From: an uncultured Chloroflexia bacterium
GTDB taxonomy: Bacteria > Chloroflexota > Ktedonobacteria > Ktedonobacterales > Ktedonobacteraceae
DNA: 64,000 bases
Direction: 5' to 3'
Assembly (NCBI GenBank): GCA_963792705.1
Contig: CAWBXD010000010.1
Span: 2,224 to 66,223, forward strand
The notes beneath the pieces are model-generated. The model searched no databases. It saw nothing but the letters and a program-made list of their open reading frames with translations, and had not been told where the DNA came from. The translations under genes were made by a program, and so were the position numbers. Below, piece by piece: positions 45,514 through 55,382 of this stretch (position 1 is the first letter of the stretch; every line of letters begins with the position of its first letter).

Positions 45514-46311
45514 ATGACACAAAGCACAACAACTCATCCATTACGTGTGGGTGTACAAATGCAACCTCAGCACACCACCTATCAGGACTATGCCGATGCA
45601 GTACGACGCTTTGAGGACCTGGGTGTCGATAGTATTTGGAACTGGGACCATTTCTTTCCACTTTTTGGCGATCCACAGGGCAACCATTTTGAAGGCTTGA
45701 CACTGCTCACGGCGATGGCAACCCTGACACATCGTGCGACCATTGGAACGCTCGTCACCTGCAATAGCTATCGCAATCCAGCATTACTCGCGGACATGCT
45801 CAAGACCATAGACCATATTAGCAATGGTCGTGTTATTCTGGGTATTGGTTCAGGTTGGTTCGAGCGTGACTATAAAGAGTATGGCTACGATTTTGGGACG
45901 GCAGGGGGTCGTCTCAATGCCCTTGAGGAAGCATTACCGATCATCAAGCATCGTTGGGAGGTGGATGTCCCCAAGCCCATACGTTCTACCATTCCTATAT
46001 TGATTGGCGGCGGCGGCGAGAAGAAAACGCTCCGCATCACGGCACAGTATGCAGATATGTGGCACGGTTTTGGTGATGCAGCGACTATCGCACATAAAAT
46101 GGAGGTACTGGACAATTGGTGTAAGGAGATTGGGCGCAATCCGCAGGATATTGAGCGCACCGCAGGCACGAACAAGGATGGCACCGACGAGTTCCATGAT
46201 GGCCTTGTCAAAGCTGGCGTCACGCATCTTATCTTAGGTACACAAACGCCCTGGGATATTGATGCGGTAAAGAAGCTTGTACAATGGCGCGATAGCCGTT
46301 TGGGAAAATAG
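45514..46311 (+). CDS. LLM-class F420-dependent oxidoreductase
   Basis: VDSIWNWDHFFP, ISNGRVILGIGSGW, and PILIGGGGEKKTLRITAQYADMWH. Confidence 0.8.
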   Translation: MTQSTTTHPLRVGVQMQPQHTTYQDYADAVRRFEDLGVDSIWNWDHFFPLFGDPQGNHFEGLTLLTAMATLTHRATIGTLVTCNSYRNPALLADMLKTIDHISNGRVILGIGSGWFERDYKEYGYDFGTAGGRLNALEEALPIIKHRWEVDVPKPIRSTIPILIGGGGEKKTLRITAQYADMWHGFGDAATIAHKMEVLDNWCKEIGRNPQDIERTAGTNKDGTDEFHDGLVKAGVTHLILGTQTPWDIDAVKKLVQWRDSRLGK

Positions 46312-46317
46312 GGAGTT

Positions 46318-46370
46318 AGAACACCCACTGGCTTCCTCATTCTAGGAATGAGGAAGCCAGTGGGTGTTCT
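46318..46370. terminator. long perfect hairpin downstream of the LLM gene
   Basis: agaacacccactggcttcctcattc-tag-gaatgaggaagccagtgggtgttct, a 25-bp perfect stem. Confidence 0.75.
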
Positions 46371-46423
46371 GGTTCTACTTGCTTATAGGGCATCCCCGTT
46401 TATTTGTGAGGAGAAAAGGTGCG

Positions 46424-46972
46424 ATGGTAAAGATTATTTCCTTCAATACTGCACAACAAGTGGAGCCAATGGTAAAGGATATCATAGAGGTTTATGGTGA
46501 GGCGTTTGGGCAAGCACCATATTTTAAGGATGCTTTCGATGTGCGCTCGTTTAGTCTTGTGCTACCGCGACACATGCAGCGTCCTGGCTTTCGTTGTGTG
46601 GTGGTGCAGGAAGAGAACACATCGCATATCCTCGGCTTTGCTTACGGCTATACAGGCGAGGCCGGACAATGGTGGCACGATCTCGTGGTACGCAAATTGA
46701 CGCTAGAAAACGCCGAACATTGGATGACCAACGTTTTTGAGGTTGTCGAGCTAGCGGTACGCCCCACGGCGCATGGACGTGGCTATGGTGCAATAGTTCA
46801 CGATACTCTTCTACAAGGACTTCCGCATCGTACTGCTGCACTTTCAACCTATCAAGTGGAGACTAGCGCGTCGAAAATGTATGAGAAACGCGGTTGGGTG
46901 ACGTTGCTTTCAGATTTTATCTTCCCCGGCTATAGTGAGCCTTATAAAATTATGGGCAAAGCACTTCGCTAA
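46424..46972 (+). CDS. GNAT-family N-acetyltransferase
   Basis: VVELAVRPTAHGRGYGAIVHDTLL is the acetyl-CoA-binding Q/RxxGxG/A motif. GAGGAG lies before ATG 46424. Confidence 0.75.
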   Translation: MVKIISFNTAQQVEPMVKDIIEVYGEAFGQAPYFKDAFDVRSFSLVLPRHMQRPGFRCVVVQEENTSHILGFAYGYTGEAGQWWHDLVVRKLTLENAEHWMTNVFEVVELAVRPTAHGRGYGAIVHDTLLQGLPHRTAALSTYQVETSASKMYEKRGWVTLLSDFIFPGYSEPYKIMGKALR

Positions 46973-47154
46973 GAGACTCCTGTTACTCCTACCTATGCTT
47001 AAGCAAATTTTTCCCCTTGAATATGCTACTAAGAACACGTATGTTTATTGTGTGAAGCGCAGAATACGTCACTTCATTTTTTCGGTAAAGAGAGGCATTT
47101 TTGTATGAATGTATAGATAGGTCAAGTTGTTTAAAAAGATGATGAGCATAAAAC

Positions 47155-47188
47155 ATAAAAAATAACCTCATCATAAAGATGAGGTTAT
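47155..47188 (-). terminator. intrinsic terminator of tRNA-His
   Basis: Minus strand reads ataacctcatc-tttat-gatgaggttat followed by TTTTTT. Confidence 0.8.
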
Positions 47189-47199
47189 AATCAAATCAG

Positions 47200-47272
47200 G
47201 GTGGCTGATGGGGCTCGAACCCACAACAACTGGAACCACAATCCAGGGCTCTGCCATTGAGCTACAACCACC
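47200..47272 (-). tRNA. tRNA-His (anticodon GUG) with encoded G-1; no encoded CCA
   Basis: Hand-folded. Acceptor GTGGTTG/CAGCCAC, D arm GCTC-AATGGCA-GAGC, anticodon arm CTGGA-TTGTGGT-TCCAG, T arm GTGGG-TTCGAGC-CCCAT. An extra 5' G lies opposite discriminator C. Confidence 0.9.
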
Positions 47273-47356
47273 ACATGTGTGTACTTAATACGCATTGAGT
47301 ATAACAAATACCTCACCTATTGTCAATAGCGATTTTTTAAGAAAGCAATAAGCAGA

Positions 47357-48286
47357 CTAGTACGAGAGAAGTACATCTATCAGCATTCCCCAGAACCTCT
47401 CTACCTCTAATCCGTAACCGACGCGCACGTTTGCGGGTTTTCCTACTTTGCCATATACGTCACAGATGGTGCGTCCAGCACTCAGGGGACTCATCGTCTC
47501 AATCTCGACATACATGGGGGATGAGTGAATGATGCTTGGCTCAATGACAGAGGCCACGGCACATGGGTCATGGACAGGTGGTGCCGAAAAGCCAAAGACG
47601 TTTTTGTAGCTGTCCGCGAAAAAGACAAGCAGATCGGCGGCAAAATTTGTCACTGGACGCTTCGCATCGCGTAGGTGACGCACAATCTCTTCTGTCGCTA
47701 GTGCCTGATGCGTCACTTCTAGTGGCACCATCGTTATTGGTCGTCCACATTGAAAGACAATTGAGGCAGCTTCTGGGTCAAACCATATATTGAATTCTGC
47801 GGAAGGGCTGGCGTTACCCACGCCAATCGCACCGCCCATAAGCGAAATGGCTTGTATCTTCGGTAAAATAGCAGGTTCACGGCGTATCGCGGTAGCAATA
47901 TTTGTCAGCGGTCCTGTCGGCACAAGCGTGATATCACCATCCGAATTTAACAATAATTCAATAAGCAGATCAACACCATGCTGTGGGGCAAGCTCAACAT
48001 CCGGCTCTGGCACATTTGGGCCATCCATACCAGAGACACCGTGAATATCTGCCGCATGTTTTGCGGGTCGTACTAGTGGGCGATCCATACCCATTGCAAT
48101 GGGAACATTACGAATGTTCGCTAATGAGCAGACTTTGAGAGCGTTCTGTGTTGTCTTCTCAATTGATTGGTTGCCAGCAACGGTTGTAATGGCTAGTAGT
48201 TCAAGTGCGGGATGATGGGCCGCGAGGAGTAGTGCAATTGCGTCATCATGTCCGGGATCACAATCGAGAATTATTTTCTGTCTCAT
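47357..48286 (-). CDS. nucleoside hydrolase (IUNH family)
   Basis: N-terminal fingerprint IILDCDPGHDDAIALLLA. Start at ATG 48286 (MRQKII). Confidence 0.88.
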   Translation of the reverse strand: MRQKIILDCDPGHDDAIALLLAAHHPALELLAITTVAGNQSIEKTTQNALKVCSLANIRNVPIAMGMDRPLVRPAKHAADIHGVSGMDGPNVPEPDVELAPQHGVDLLIELLLNSDGDITLVPTGPLTNIATAIRREPAILPKIQAISLMGGAIGVGNASPSAEFNIWFDPEAASIVFQCGRPITMVPLEVTHQALATEEIVRHLRDAKRPVTNFAADLLVFFADSYKNVFGFSAPPVHDPCAVASVIEPSIIHSSPMYVEIETMSPLSAGRTICDVYGKVGKPANVRVGYGLEVERFWGMLIDVLLSY

Positions 48287-48516
48287 ACCATTTTCTTTCA
48301 AGAGGATTGTATTTGTGCGTTCTACTATATCGCTTGGCTCTAACAAACGTCAACATTTTTCCCATTCGACCTAATGAAGTTCATTATTGACATATATCAC
48401 GACAACATTGTAAGGTTATATTGCATCTTTCGTTGATTACGCTCAAGAAGATCTATAGATGTGCTCACATCTGTCACAACACGCATTATAACTATAGGGC
48501 GTGAAAAGGATTCATT

Positions 48517-49158
48517 ATGGCAACAAATTCCCGAAACGAGCAAACACCACCTCTATGGCATCGCCCTGGTACCAAGATGTCCGAAGAACAATATCACGAA
48601 CTGGAGCGACTCTCTCCTGACCGCAGATACGAATACATCAACGGGATTGCTTACATGATGAGTGGTGGAAGTGTTGCTCACGATAGGATCGCTTATAATG
48701 CGCGCTTCGCTTTAGATATGCACTTTCGATCTCGTCCTTGTACCGTCTTTGGAGCAGATGTCCAGGTATTTCTCGCGTTAAAAAAAAAGGGGAAGCCCCA
48801 CTTTGTCTATCCAGATGCAACCGTTTCCTGTGATGCTGCGGATAGCAGGGCAGATAATACCTTTATAGAAGCACCTTGTGTCGTAGTGGAGGTGCTTTCT
48901 CCTAGTACAGAAACCAAAGATCGCGGCACGAAGTTCAAAGCCTATCAGAATCAGGAAACCATCCAAGAAATAGTCTTGATCAGTCAATTCGCGCAATATG
49001 TTGAAGTCTGGCAGCGCAACGAACAAGACCCTAACAATCCTAAAGCTTGGCTCTATCGCCATTATGGACCCGATGACACTATTGATCTGATTAGTATTGA
49101 TGTACAAATCGAGATTGCAGAGTTGTATCGAGGGTTGGTATTCAATGATGAAGAGTAA
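48517..49158 (+). CDS. Uma2-family (DUF820) putative endonuclease
   Basis: RRYEYINGIAYMMSGGSVAHD, PDATVSC, and VVVEVLSPSTETKDRGTKFKAYQ follow the PD-(D/E)xK Uma2 pattern. Confidence 0.8.
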   Translation: MATNSRNEQTPPLWHRPGTKMSEEQYHELERLSPDRRYEYINGIAYMMSGGSVAHDRIAYNARFALDMHFRSRPCTVFGADVQVFLALKKKGKPHFVYPDATVSCDAADSRADNTFIEAPCVVVEVLSPSTETKDRGTKFKAYQNQETIQEIVLISQFAQYVEVWQRNEQDPNNPKAWLYRHYGPDDTIDLISIDVQIEIAELYRGLVFNDEE

Positions 49159-49297
49159 GTGAGAGTCGTCCTCTTGCTCACAAAGTCCTATGCACAAGCA
49201 GGTGTTGTTGCCTTGCAGTGAGATTAATTCAGCAATTGATTTTCCTGTTACGTCTGAAATAAGGGAATGTGTCTTTGTTTATGGGAGAAACAAATGT

Positions 49298-49771
49298 ATG
49301 GATACATTGTTACTGCGCGAAGTCACTCAGAAAAATTGGCGTGCGACACTTCATCTTACAGTGCATCCCGAACAGCAACGCTTTATTGCAGATTATGTTC
49401 CCATCGCGGCTATCGCATTAGCAAAAGCATATATTCGCCCCGAAGGACGCATTTGGACACCTTATGCGTTTTATAGCTCGACAGACATGGTTGGATTTGC
49501 GGCGTTGGCCTACGAACCAGAAAGCATAGAAAACTATTGGCTCTTCCACTTTTTTATCGACCAACGCTATCAGAGCAAGGGCTATGGCAAACAAGCATTA
49601 CAGCTACTGCTTCAGTCCCTCAGAGATAATCATCCTCAATGTCAGACGCTTCAGCTTACAGTACATCCAGAAAATTATCGTGCTCAACGTCTTTATACAA
49701 GTATGGGATTTCAACTCGCAGGAGCAGAAGTAGACGAAGAGCCAGTATATAAGCTCGTGATAAAATCATAA
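49298..49771 (+). CDS. GNAT-family N-acetyltransferase
   Basis: FFIDQRYQSKGYGKQALQLLL (acetyl-CoA motif) and the C-terminal YTSMGFQLAG. Start at ATG 49298. Confidence 0.78.
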   Translation: MDTLLLREVTQKNWRATLHLTVHPEQQRFIADYVPIAAIALAKAYIRPEGRIWTPYAFYSSTDMVGFAALAYEPESIENYWLFHFFIDQRYQSKGYGKQALQLLLQSLRDNHPQCQTLQLTVHPENYRAQRLYTSMGFQLAGAEVDEEPVYKLVIKS

Positions 49772-49975
49772 AATAGCATACGAGGAAGAATTACTAGTCT
49801 TATGCGAATTGTAGTGCTTGCCTCGCCTTCTTTTGGTTACATTATCATAAGCTACTCGCTGCAATCGTTTGGTAGCAAAGGTACAATTCCCATCCTTTCG
49901 TGCTTGTTACTCATCCTCGCGCTTATGACGCTGTTTTCTCCACTACTTAAAAAGGCTTAAATAGACAAATGCTAC

Positions 49976-50004
49976 TCGACGTGTCATGCAGCAGTTGCTA
50001 TAAT
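49976..50004 (+). promoter_or_regulatory. extended -10 promoter upstream of the pfk operon
   Basis: TGcTATAAT at 49996..50004 with a weak -35 TCGACG 17 nt upstream. Confidence 0.5.
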
Positions 50005-50058
50005 GGCTTGTAGAGACAAAAGTGAGAACACATAAATAATCTTGGGGGTATAGATACA

Positions 50059-51267
50059 TTGTCAGTAACAGCACGCGGCAATTTGATTATTGGGCAATCG
50101 GGCGGTGCTACTGCCGTCATTAATGCGAGCGTCGTTGGAGCGGTTACTACTGCGCTCAGCGATAGCCATATTGATGGCATCTATGGCATGCAAAACGGCA
50201 TCGAGGGTCTGCTCAAAGAAGATATTCTTGATTTACGCCGACAACCTTCGACATTATGGCAACAGCTTTTATATACACCATCAGCAGCACTTGGCTCATG
50301 TCGCTATAAGCTACAAGCCGAGGACCCCACACGAGCCGTAGAGATATTGCGCCGTTACAATGTGCGCTACGTGCTCTACATTGGTGGCAATGACTCAGCA
50401 GATACGGCGCACCGCCTCGCGCAAGCAGCCCAACACAATGGCTACGAACTACAAACCATCAGCGTTCCCAAAACTATTGACAACGACCTCCCTTTTACCG
50501 ACCACTGCCCAGGCTATGGGAGCGCGGCTCGCTTTATAGCGCAAGCAACTATAAATTCGACGATGAACACCATCTCTATTCCTGGACATTATCCAGTCAA
50601 GATTATTGAGACGATGGGCCGTGATGCTGGTTGGCTCACCGCCTCATCTGCGTTAGGCAAACGCGATGATGTTGATCCACCACATATCATTCTTCCGCCG
50701 GAGCATGTCTTTATTGCCGACCAATTCTTAGCACAAGTTGAGGCGGTGTATCGTCGCGTAGGCCATGTTGTGATCGTAGCGGCGGAAACGATTCGTGATG
50801 AGAAGGGGCAAGCCCTTGGCGCAATTGGACAGGTAGGCACCGATGCATTTCAGCACGCTCTACTTAGTGGCGCAGGGCAATCGCTTGTCGATCTCGTCAC
50901 AAGCCAGCTAAAGTTACGCGCACGCTTTGATAAGCCGGGCGATCTACAGCGTATGTCCTCGACCCATGTCTCTTCCGTTGACCGTGACGAAGCCTATCTT
51001 GTGGGCAAAATGGGAACGCAAGCACTGCTCGCAGGTGAAAGCGACAAGATGGTCACGCTAGTACGCCATAGTGAGCCGAGATATCATTGTACAACAGGTC
51101 TTGTAGAGCTAGCGCAAGTCGCCAACAAGCAATTTCTTATGCCTCAAAATTATATGAACGACACAAAGACAATGGTAACACAGGCATTCCATGATTATGC
51201 GTTACCCTTGATTGGTGAGCCGCTCAATCAGTATCCAACGATGGAGAAGGTACGAGTGATAGTATGA
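50059..51267 (+). CDS. 6-phosphofructokinase family (ATP- or PPi-dependent not resolved)
   Basis: IGQSGGATAVINASVVG, YIGGNDSADTA, PKTIDNDL, and ETMGRDAGWL. The track start is TTG at 50059. Confidence 0.85.
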   Translation: MSVTARGNLIIGQSGGATAVINASVVGAVTTALSDSHIDGIYGMQNGIEGLLKEDILDLRRQPSTLWQQLLYTPSAALGSCRYKLQAEDPTRAVEILRRYNVRYVLYIGGNDSADTAHRLAQAAQHNGYELQTISVPKTIDNDLPFTDHCPGYGSAARFIAQATINSTMNTISIPGHYPVKIIETMGRDAGWLTASSALGKRDDVDPPHIILPPEHVFIADQFLAQVEAVYRRVGHVVIVAAETIRDEKGQALGAIGQVGTDAFQHALLSGAGQSLVDLVTSQLKLRARFDKPGDLQRMSSTHVSSVDRDEAYLVGKMGTQALLAGESDKMVTLVRHSEPRYHCTTGLVELAQVANKQFLMPQNYMNDTKTMVTQAFHDYALPLIGEPLNQYPTMEKVRVIV

Positions 51268-52439
51268 TACGACGCGCAATCCTGATTGTACTCGACGGTG
51301 TTGGCGTTGGAGCTAATCCCGATGCAGCCGCTTATGGTGATGAAGGCGCGAGTTCGCTCGAACATTGTGCCCAAGCGATAGGTGGTCTATCGTTGCCCCA
51401 TCTTGGCAGCATTGGACTAGGCAATATTACACCAATCCTGGGAACGCCAGCACGTACAGATGTCAGTGGTAGTTATGGGCGTATGGCCTCGGCTGCGGCT
51501 GGCAAAGATAGCACAACAGGTCATTGGGAGATGACAGGTGTGGTCTTGCAAAAGCCATTGCCAACCTATCCACATGGGTTTCCAGCCACTCTAGTCGCAC
51601 AATTTGAAGAGGCTATTGGTCATAAGGTTATTGGCAATATAGTTGCATCTGGTACTGAGGTTATCAAGGAGTTGGGTGAGGAGCATATACGTACAGGCTC
51701 CCCCATTCTTTATACATCAGCAGATAGCGTATTTCAGCTAGCGGCCCACCAGGAAATTATTCCACTTGAAATGCTTTATAGAATGTGCGAGACTGCGCGA
51801 GGCATGCTCACTGGTGAAAACGCGGTAGGACGCGTGATAGCACGCCCATTTCTCGGCACTCCTGGCGCGTTCAAACGTACTGAGCATCGCAGAGATTTCT
51901 CGCTTGCCCCACTTGGCACAACACTGCTCGATCAGATGAAAAAGGCTGGCAAAGATGTCATTGGGCTTGGCAAGATTGAAGACCTCTTCGCAGGTCGTGG
52001 GCTAACGCAGACCGACCATACCGAAACGAATCGTGATGGGATGGCGGCAACGCTCCACTGGCTCGAACGGGATTTTGAGGGACTGCTTTTCGTCAATCTG
52101 GTAGAATTTGACATGCTATGGGGTCATCGCCGCGATAGTCACGGCTATGCCCAGGCGTTACGTGATGTAGATAACTGGTTTGCACAGGTACAACAGGCAA
52201 TGCGACCAGATGACGTAATCTTTTTCACAGCCGATCATGGAGTCGATCCAACCTATCGCGGCACCGATCATACGCGTGAGTGCGTTCCACTACTTGCCTA
52301 TGGGCAACACCTACGCTCAGGAGTCAATCTTGGAACGCGCTCAACATTCGCGGACCTCGGTCAAACGCTAGCACAAGTGTTTGGCGTCGAGTCATTAGCG
52401 GCTGGTACAAGTTTCGCACAGGATTTGGGACTATCATGA
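51264..52439 (+). CDS. deoB: phosphopentomutase
   Basis: RRAILIVLDGVGVG, the GKDSTTGHWEM motif, and C-terminal FFTADHGVDPT. ATGA overlap with pfk. Confidence 0.9.
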   Translation: MIRRAILIVLDGVGVGANPDAAAYGDEGASSLEHCAQAIGGLSLPHLGSIGLGNITPILGTPARTDVSGSYGRMASAAAGKDSTTGHWEMTGVVLQKPLPTYPHGFPATLVAQFEEAIGHKVIGNIVASGTEVIKELGEEHIRTGSPILYTSADSVFQLAAHQEIIPLEMLYRMCETARGMLTGENAVGRVIARPFLGTPGAFKRTEHRRDFSLAPLGTTLLDQMKKAGKDVIGLGKIEDLFAGRGLTQTDHTETNRDGMAATLHWLERDFEGLLFVNLVEFDMLWGHRRDSHGYAQALRDVDNWFAQVQQAMRPDDVIFFTADHGVDPTYRGTDHTRECVPLLAYGQHLRSGVNLGTRSTFADLGQTLAQVFGVESLAAGTSFAQDLGLS

Positions 52440-52996
52440 CAGAAACACAACGCATAGCAACCGATCAACAAGGTTTACCGTTACATGGCGAACGTGTTAC
52501 AGTACGACGCCCTCTATCAAATGACGCCGCAAATGTCTTTCGTTGGGAGCGAGATGATGAGGTATGGCGTTACGACCCCCACCGTCCGTACTCGAACACA
52601 ATGGCAGAGTTTGTACCCTTATTCGAGCGAAACTATGTGCAGAGTAACGGACGACAATTCTGGTTCATCATCGAAGATGAACAACATATCCCAATTGGCA
52701 CGATCACCTACTTCAATATTGATCGTCGTCTCGGTCAAGTTGAGGTCGGTCTCGGTCTAGGCGAGAAATCGCGTTGGGGCAAAGGCTATGGTGCGGAGGC
52801 CATTCGTGTGTTAGTTCACTACCTCTTCACCGTCCAGAACCTCACGCGCATCTATGCAGAGACAGCAATGGCGAATCAAGCGGCCCGCAATGCCTTTACA
52901 AAATCTAATTTTGTCGAGGTTGGGCAAATCTACGACCCCCGTAGCTCAGGCGACCCCTGGGTATTATTGGAAATTTGGAGGAAGAATTATCAATGA
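52436..52996 (+). CDS. GNAT-family N-acetyltransferase (RimJ/RimL-like)
   Basis: VEVGLGLGEKSRWGKGYGAEAIRVLVHYLF. ATGA overlaps at both ends. Confidence 0.78.
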   Translation: MTETQRIATDQQGLPLHGERVTVRRPLSNDAANVFRWERDDEVWRYDPHRPYSNTMAEFVPLFERNYVQSNGRQFWFIIEDEQHIPIGTITYFNIDRRLGQVEVGLGLGEKSRWGKGYGAEAIRVLVHYLFTVQNLTRIYAETAMANQAARNAFTKSNFVEVGQIYDPRSSGDPWVLLEIWRKNYQ

Positions 52997-54354
52997 GTAC
53001 AGCAGATACAGTAGTAAACCCCAAGATATTTAGTGCCTATGATGTGCGTGGCGTTTATGGACAAGACCTGACCGATGAAGTTGCATATCGCATTGGACGT
53101 GCAGCCGCGCAATACCTCGATGTGCCAGAAATCGCGGTTGGACGTGATATGCGCCTTTCGTCACCTCAGATTTCGGCAGCTATTCTACGCGGTATCACCG
53201 ATCAAGGAGTCAATGCTGTTGACCTCGGCCTGACCACAACTGATGGCCTGTACTTCGCGGTTGGCAAGTTCAACTATCCGGCTGGTATCATGATTACGGC
53301 ATCACACAATCCAGGCAAATATAATGGTGTAAAATTCTGTCGCGCCCAAGCCTTGCCAATCAGTAAAGAGACTGGTTTGGCGGATATTCGTGACCTCGCG
53401 GTAAGTGGTAACTTTACCGAGGCAACACATAAAGGGACCGTCACACAACGCGACATTAGCGACGCGTTTGTTGAGCACGTCCTGTCATTCATTGATGTGA
53501 GCAAGATCAAGCCACTCAAAGTTGTCATCGACGCCGGCAACGGCATGGCTGGCATGATGGTTCCACGTGTCTTCAAACACCTTCCCTGTGAACTTATCCC
53601 CTTATATTTTGAGCTTGATGGCAACTTCCCGCACCATCCTGCCAGTCCTATCGAGCCAGAAAATATGGTGGATTTGCAGAAAAAGGTGCGCGAGACAGGT
53701 GCAGACCTTGGTGCGGCCTTTGACGGAGACGCTGATCGCATGTTCCCAGTCGATGAGCATGGCGATCTCGTGGACGGTTCTCAGGTGACAGAATTAATGG
53801 CGAATAGCCTATTACGCAAGCAGCCTGGCTCAACCATTCTTTACAACTTGATTGTCTCTAAAAGTGTACCAGCATTGATTGAGCAGCTTGGTGGAAAAGC
53901 CGTTCGCACACGCGTAGGACACTCATTCATCAAGGCTGAAATGCGTAAGCTCAACGCCATCTTTGGGGGTGAACACTCTGGTCACTTCTACTTCCGCGAC
54001 AACTGGTTTGCTGACTCTGGTCTGATTGCCTTTCTCATCATGCTAGAACTCGTCTCGGTCGAAGACAAGCCCCTATCCGAGTTGCTCAAACCGTTGGACA
54101 AGGGTGTGCGTAGTGGGGAAATCAACAGCACCGTCAGCGATGCACAAAGCAAGTTGCAAGGACTAGAAGAGCATTTCGGCAAGGGAGCACAATTGGTCGA
54201 TCACCTCGATGGCCTCACCATAGACTATGGCACGTGGTGGTTCAATGTACGCTCATCCAACACCGAGCCACTCCTTCGCCTCAACGTCGAAGCCAGCGAC
54301 AAAGCAACGATGGAGCAGAAACGCGACGAACTGCTTGCGTTTATTCGCAGCTAA
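52993..54354 (+). CDS. phosphomannomutase/phosphoglucomutase (alpha-D-phosphohexomutase)
   Basis: Active-site loop MITASHNPGKYNGVKF, metal loop FDGDADR, and sugar loop GGEHSGH. Confidence 0.92.
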   Translation: MSTADTVVNPKIFSAYDVRGVYGQDLTDEVAYRIGRAAAQYLDVPEIAVGRDMRLSSPQISAAILRGITDQGVNAVDLGLTTTDGLYFAVGKFNYPAGIMITASHNPGKYNGVKFCRAQALPISKETGLADIRDLAVSGNFTEATHKGTVTQRDISDAFVEHVLSFIDVSKIKPLKVVIDAGNGMAGMMVPRVFKHLPCELIPLYFELDGNFPHHPASPIEPENMVDLQKKVRETGADLGAAFDGDADRMFPVDEHGDLVDGSQVTELMANSLLRKQPGSTILYNLIVSKSVPALIEQLGGKAVRTRVGHSFIKAEMRKLNAIFGGEHSGHFYFRDNWFADSGLIAFLIMLELVSVEDKPLSELLKPLDKGVRSGEINSTVSDAQSKLQGLEEHFGKGAQLVDHLDGLTIDYGTWWFNVRSSNTEPLLRLNVEASDKATMEQKRDELLAFIRS

Positions 54355-54368
54355 GATTTCTTAAACTT

Positions 54369-54423
54369 GTAGTGCGTATTCTCTGTGGAAGGTGTATGTC
54401 TTTCCACAGAGAATACGCACTAC
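54369..54423. terminator. long hairpin terminator of the pfk-deoB-GNAT-pgm operon
   Basis: gtagtgcgtattctctgtggaa-ggtgtatgtct-ttccacagagaatacgcactac, a 22-bp perfect stem. Confidence 0.8.
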
Positions 54424-54546
54424 ATACCCCAAACACACTTCGATTTCTCCTCTTTTTGATTTGAAATTGCTTAGTTCTTCCGCTTTTCTCTTCTTCAAAA
54501 GAATGAAAAGTGAGTGCATGTCTCAGGATAAAAACTCAAGGAGTAT

Positions 54547-55362
54547 ATGTTCATGACAACCAATTCAGCAGGACAATACGCTTCAGTTAATGGCATCAAT
54601 CTGTATTATGAGATTCATGGAACTGGCACACCTTTGCTACTGCTTCATGGTGGCTTTGGAACATTTGAAATGTTCACGGCTCTTGCTCCCACGCTCGCTC
54701 TCGACCATCAGATTATTGGGGTCGATCTGTACGGCCATGGACGCACAGCCCTCACTGATCGTCCTCTGCGTTTTGAGCATATGGCCGATGATATCGCTGC
54801 TCTCATACAGCATCTCGGACTCGAAAAAGCCGACGTGCTTGGCTTCTCTCTAGGTGGTGCTGTGGCTCTACAGACCACCATTCGCCATCCAGAACGGGTC
54901 AACAAGCTCGTGTTAATTTCCACTCCGTTTAAAAGAACTGGCTGGCATCCTGAAATGCTAATAGGCATGACAGCCTTCACCCCTGAGTTCTTTAAGAGTA
55001 CTCCCATCTATGATGCCTATACGCATGTCGCGCCAAAGCCAGAAGATTTTCCTCGATTGGTCGCCGAACTGAGGGAAGCACTGAGTCAGGACTATGATTG
55101 GACTGAGCAGGTTTCCGCATTGAAAACTCCCACGTTGATTATTGTTGGCGATGCTGATGGTCTTCCGCCTTCACATGCGGTAGCGTTTTTCACCCTCCTG
55201 GGCGGCGGCTTGAAGGATGCTAGCTGGAATGGTGAACACCTCATTCCATCACAACTCGCTATCTTACCGAGTGCTACTCATTACAACATTATTTTCCGGG
55301 CTGATCTTCTCCTACCAGTTCTTTCGCCCTTTCTTGGTGGAAAGCAAGTGATGAGCCAATAG
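54547..55362 (+). CDS. alpha/beta-fold hydrolase
   Basis: HGGFG oxyanion region (LLLLHGGFGT) and nucleophile elbow VLGFSLGGAVAL. Confidence 0.85.
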   Translation: MFMTTNSAGQYASVNGINLYYEIHGTGTPLLLLHGGFGTFEMFTALAPTLALDHQIIGVDLYGHGRTALTDRPLRFEHMADDIAALIQHLGLEKADVLGFSLGGAVALQTTIRHPERVNKLVLISTPFKRTGWHPEMLIGMTAFTPEFFKSTPIYDAYTHVAPKPEDFPRLVAELREALSQDYDWTEQVSALKTPTLIIVGDADGLPPSHAVAFFTLLGGGLKDASWNGEHLIPSQLAILPSATHYNIIFRADLLLPVLSPFLGGKQVMSQ

Positions 55363-55382
55363 TACGCGCATTGTCTCTTTGT

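Noticed and set aside
46973-47272. A genomic island integrated at tRNA-His.
   Set aside because: No integrase, no direct repeat of the tRNA 3' end, and no phage or conjugation genes lie on either side. The AT-rich 220 bp next to the tRNA contains only its terminator.
49802-49960. An unannotated 52-codon ORF (MRIVVLASPSFGYIIISYSLQSFGSKGTIPILSCLLLILALMTLFSPLLKKA) between the GNAT gene and pfk.
   Set aside because: It has a hydrophobic C-terminus, but only a distant SD-like GAGGAAG (13 nt upstream) and no conservation evidence is available. It is too weak to call.
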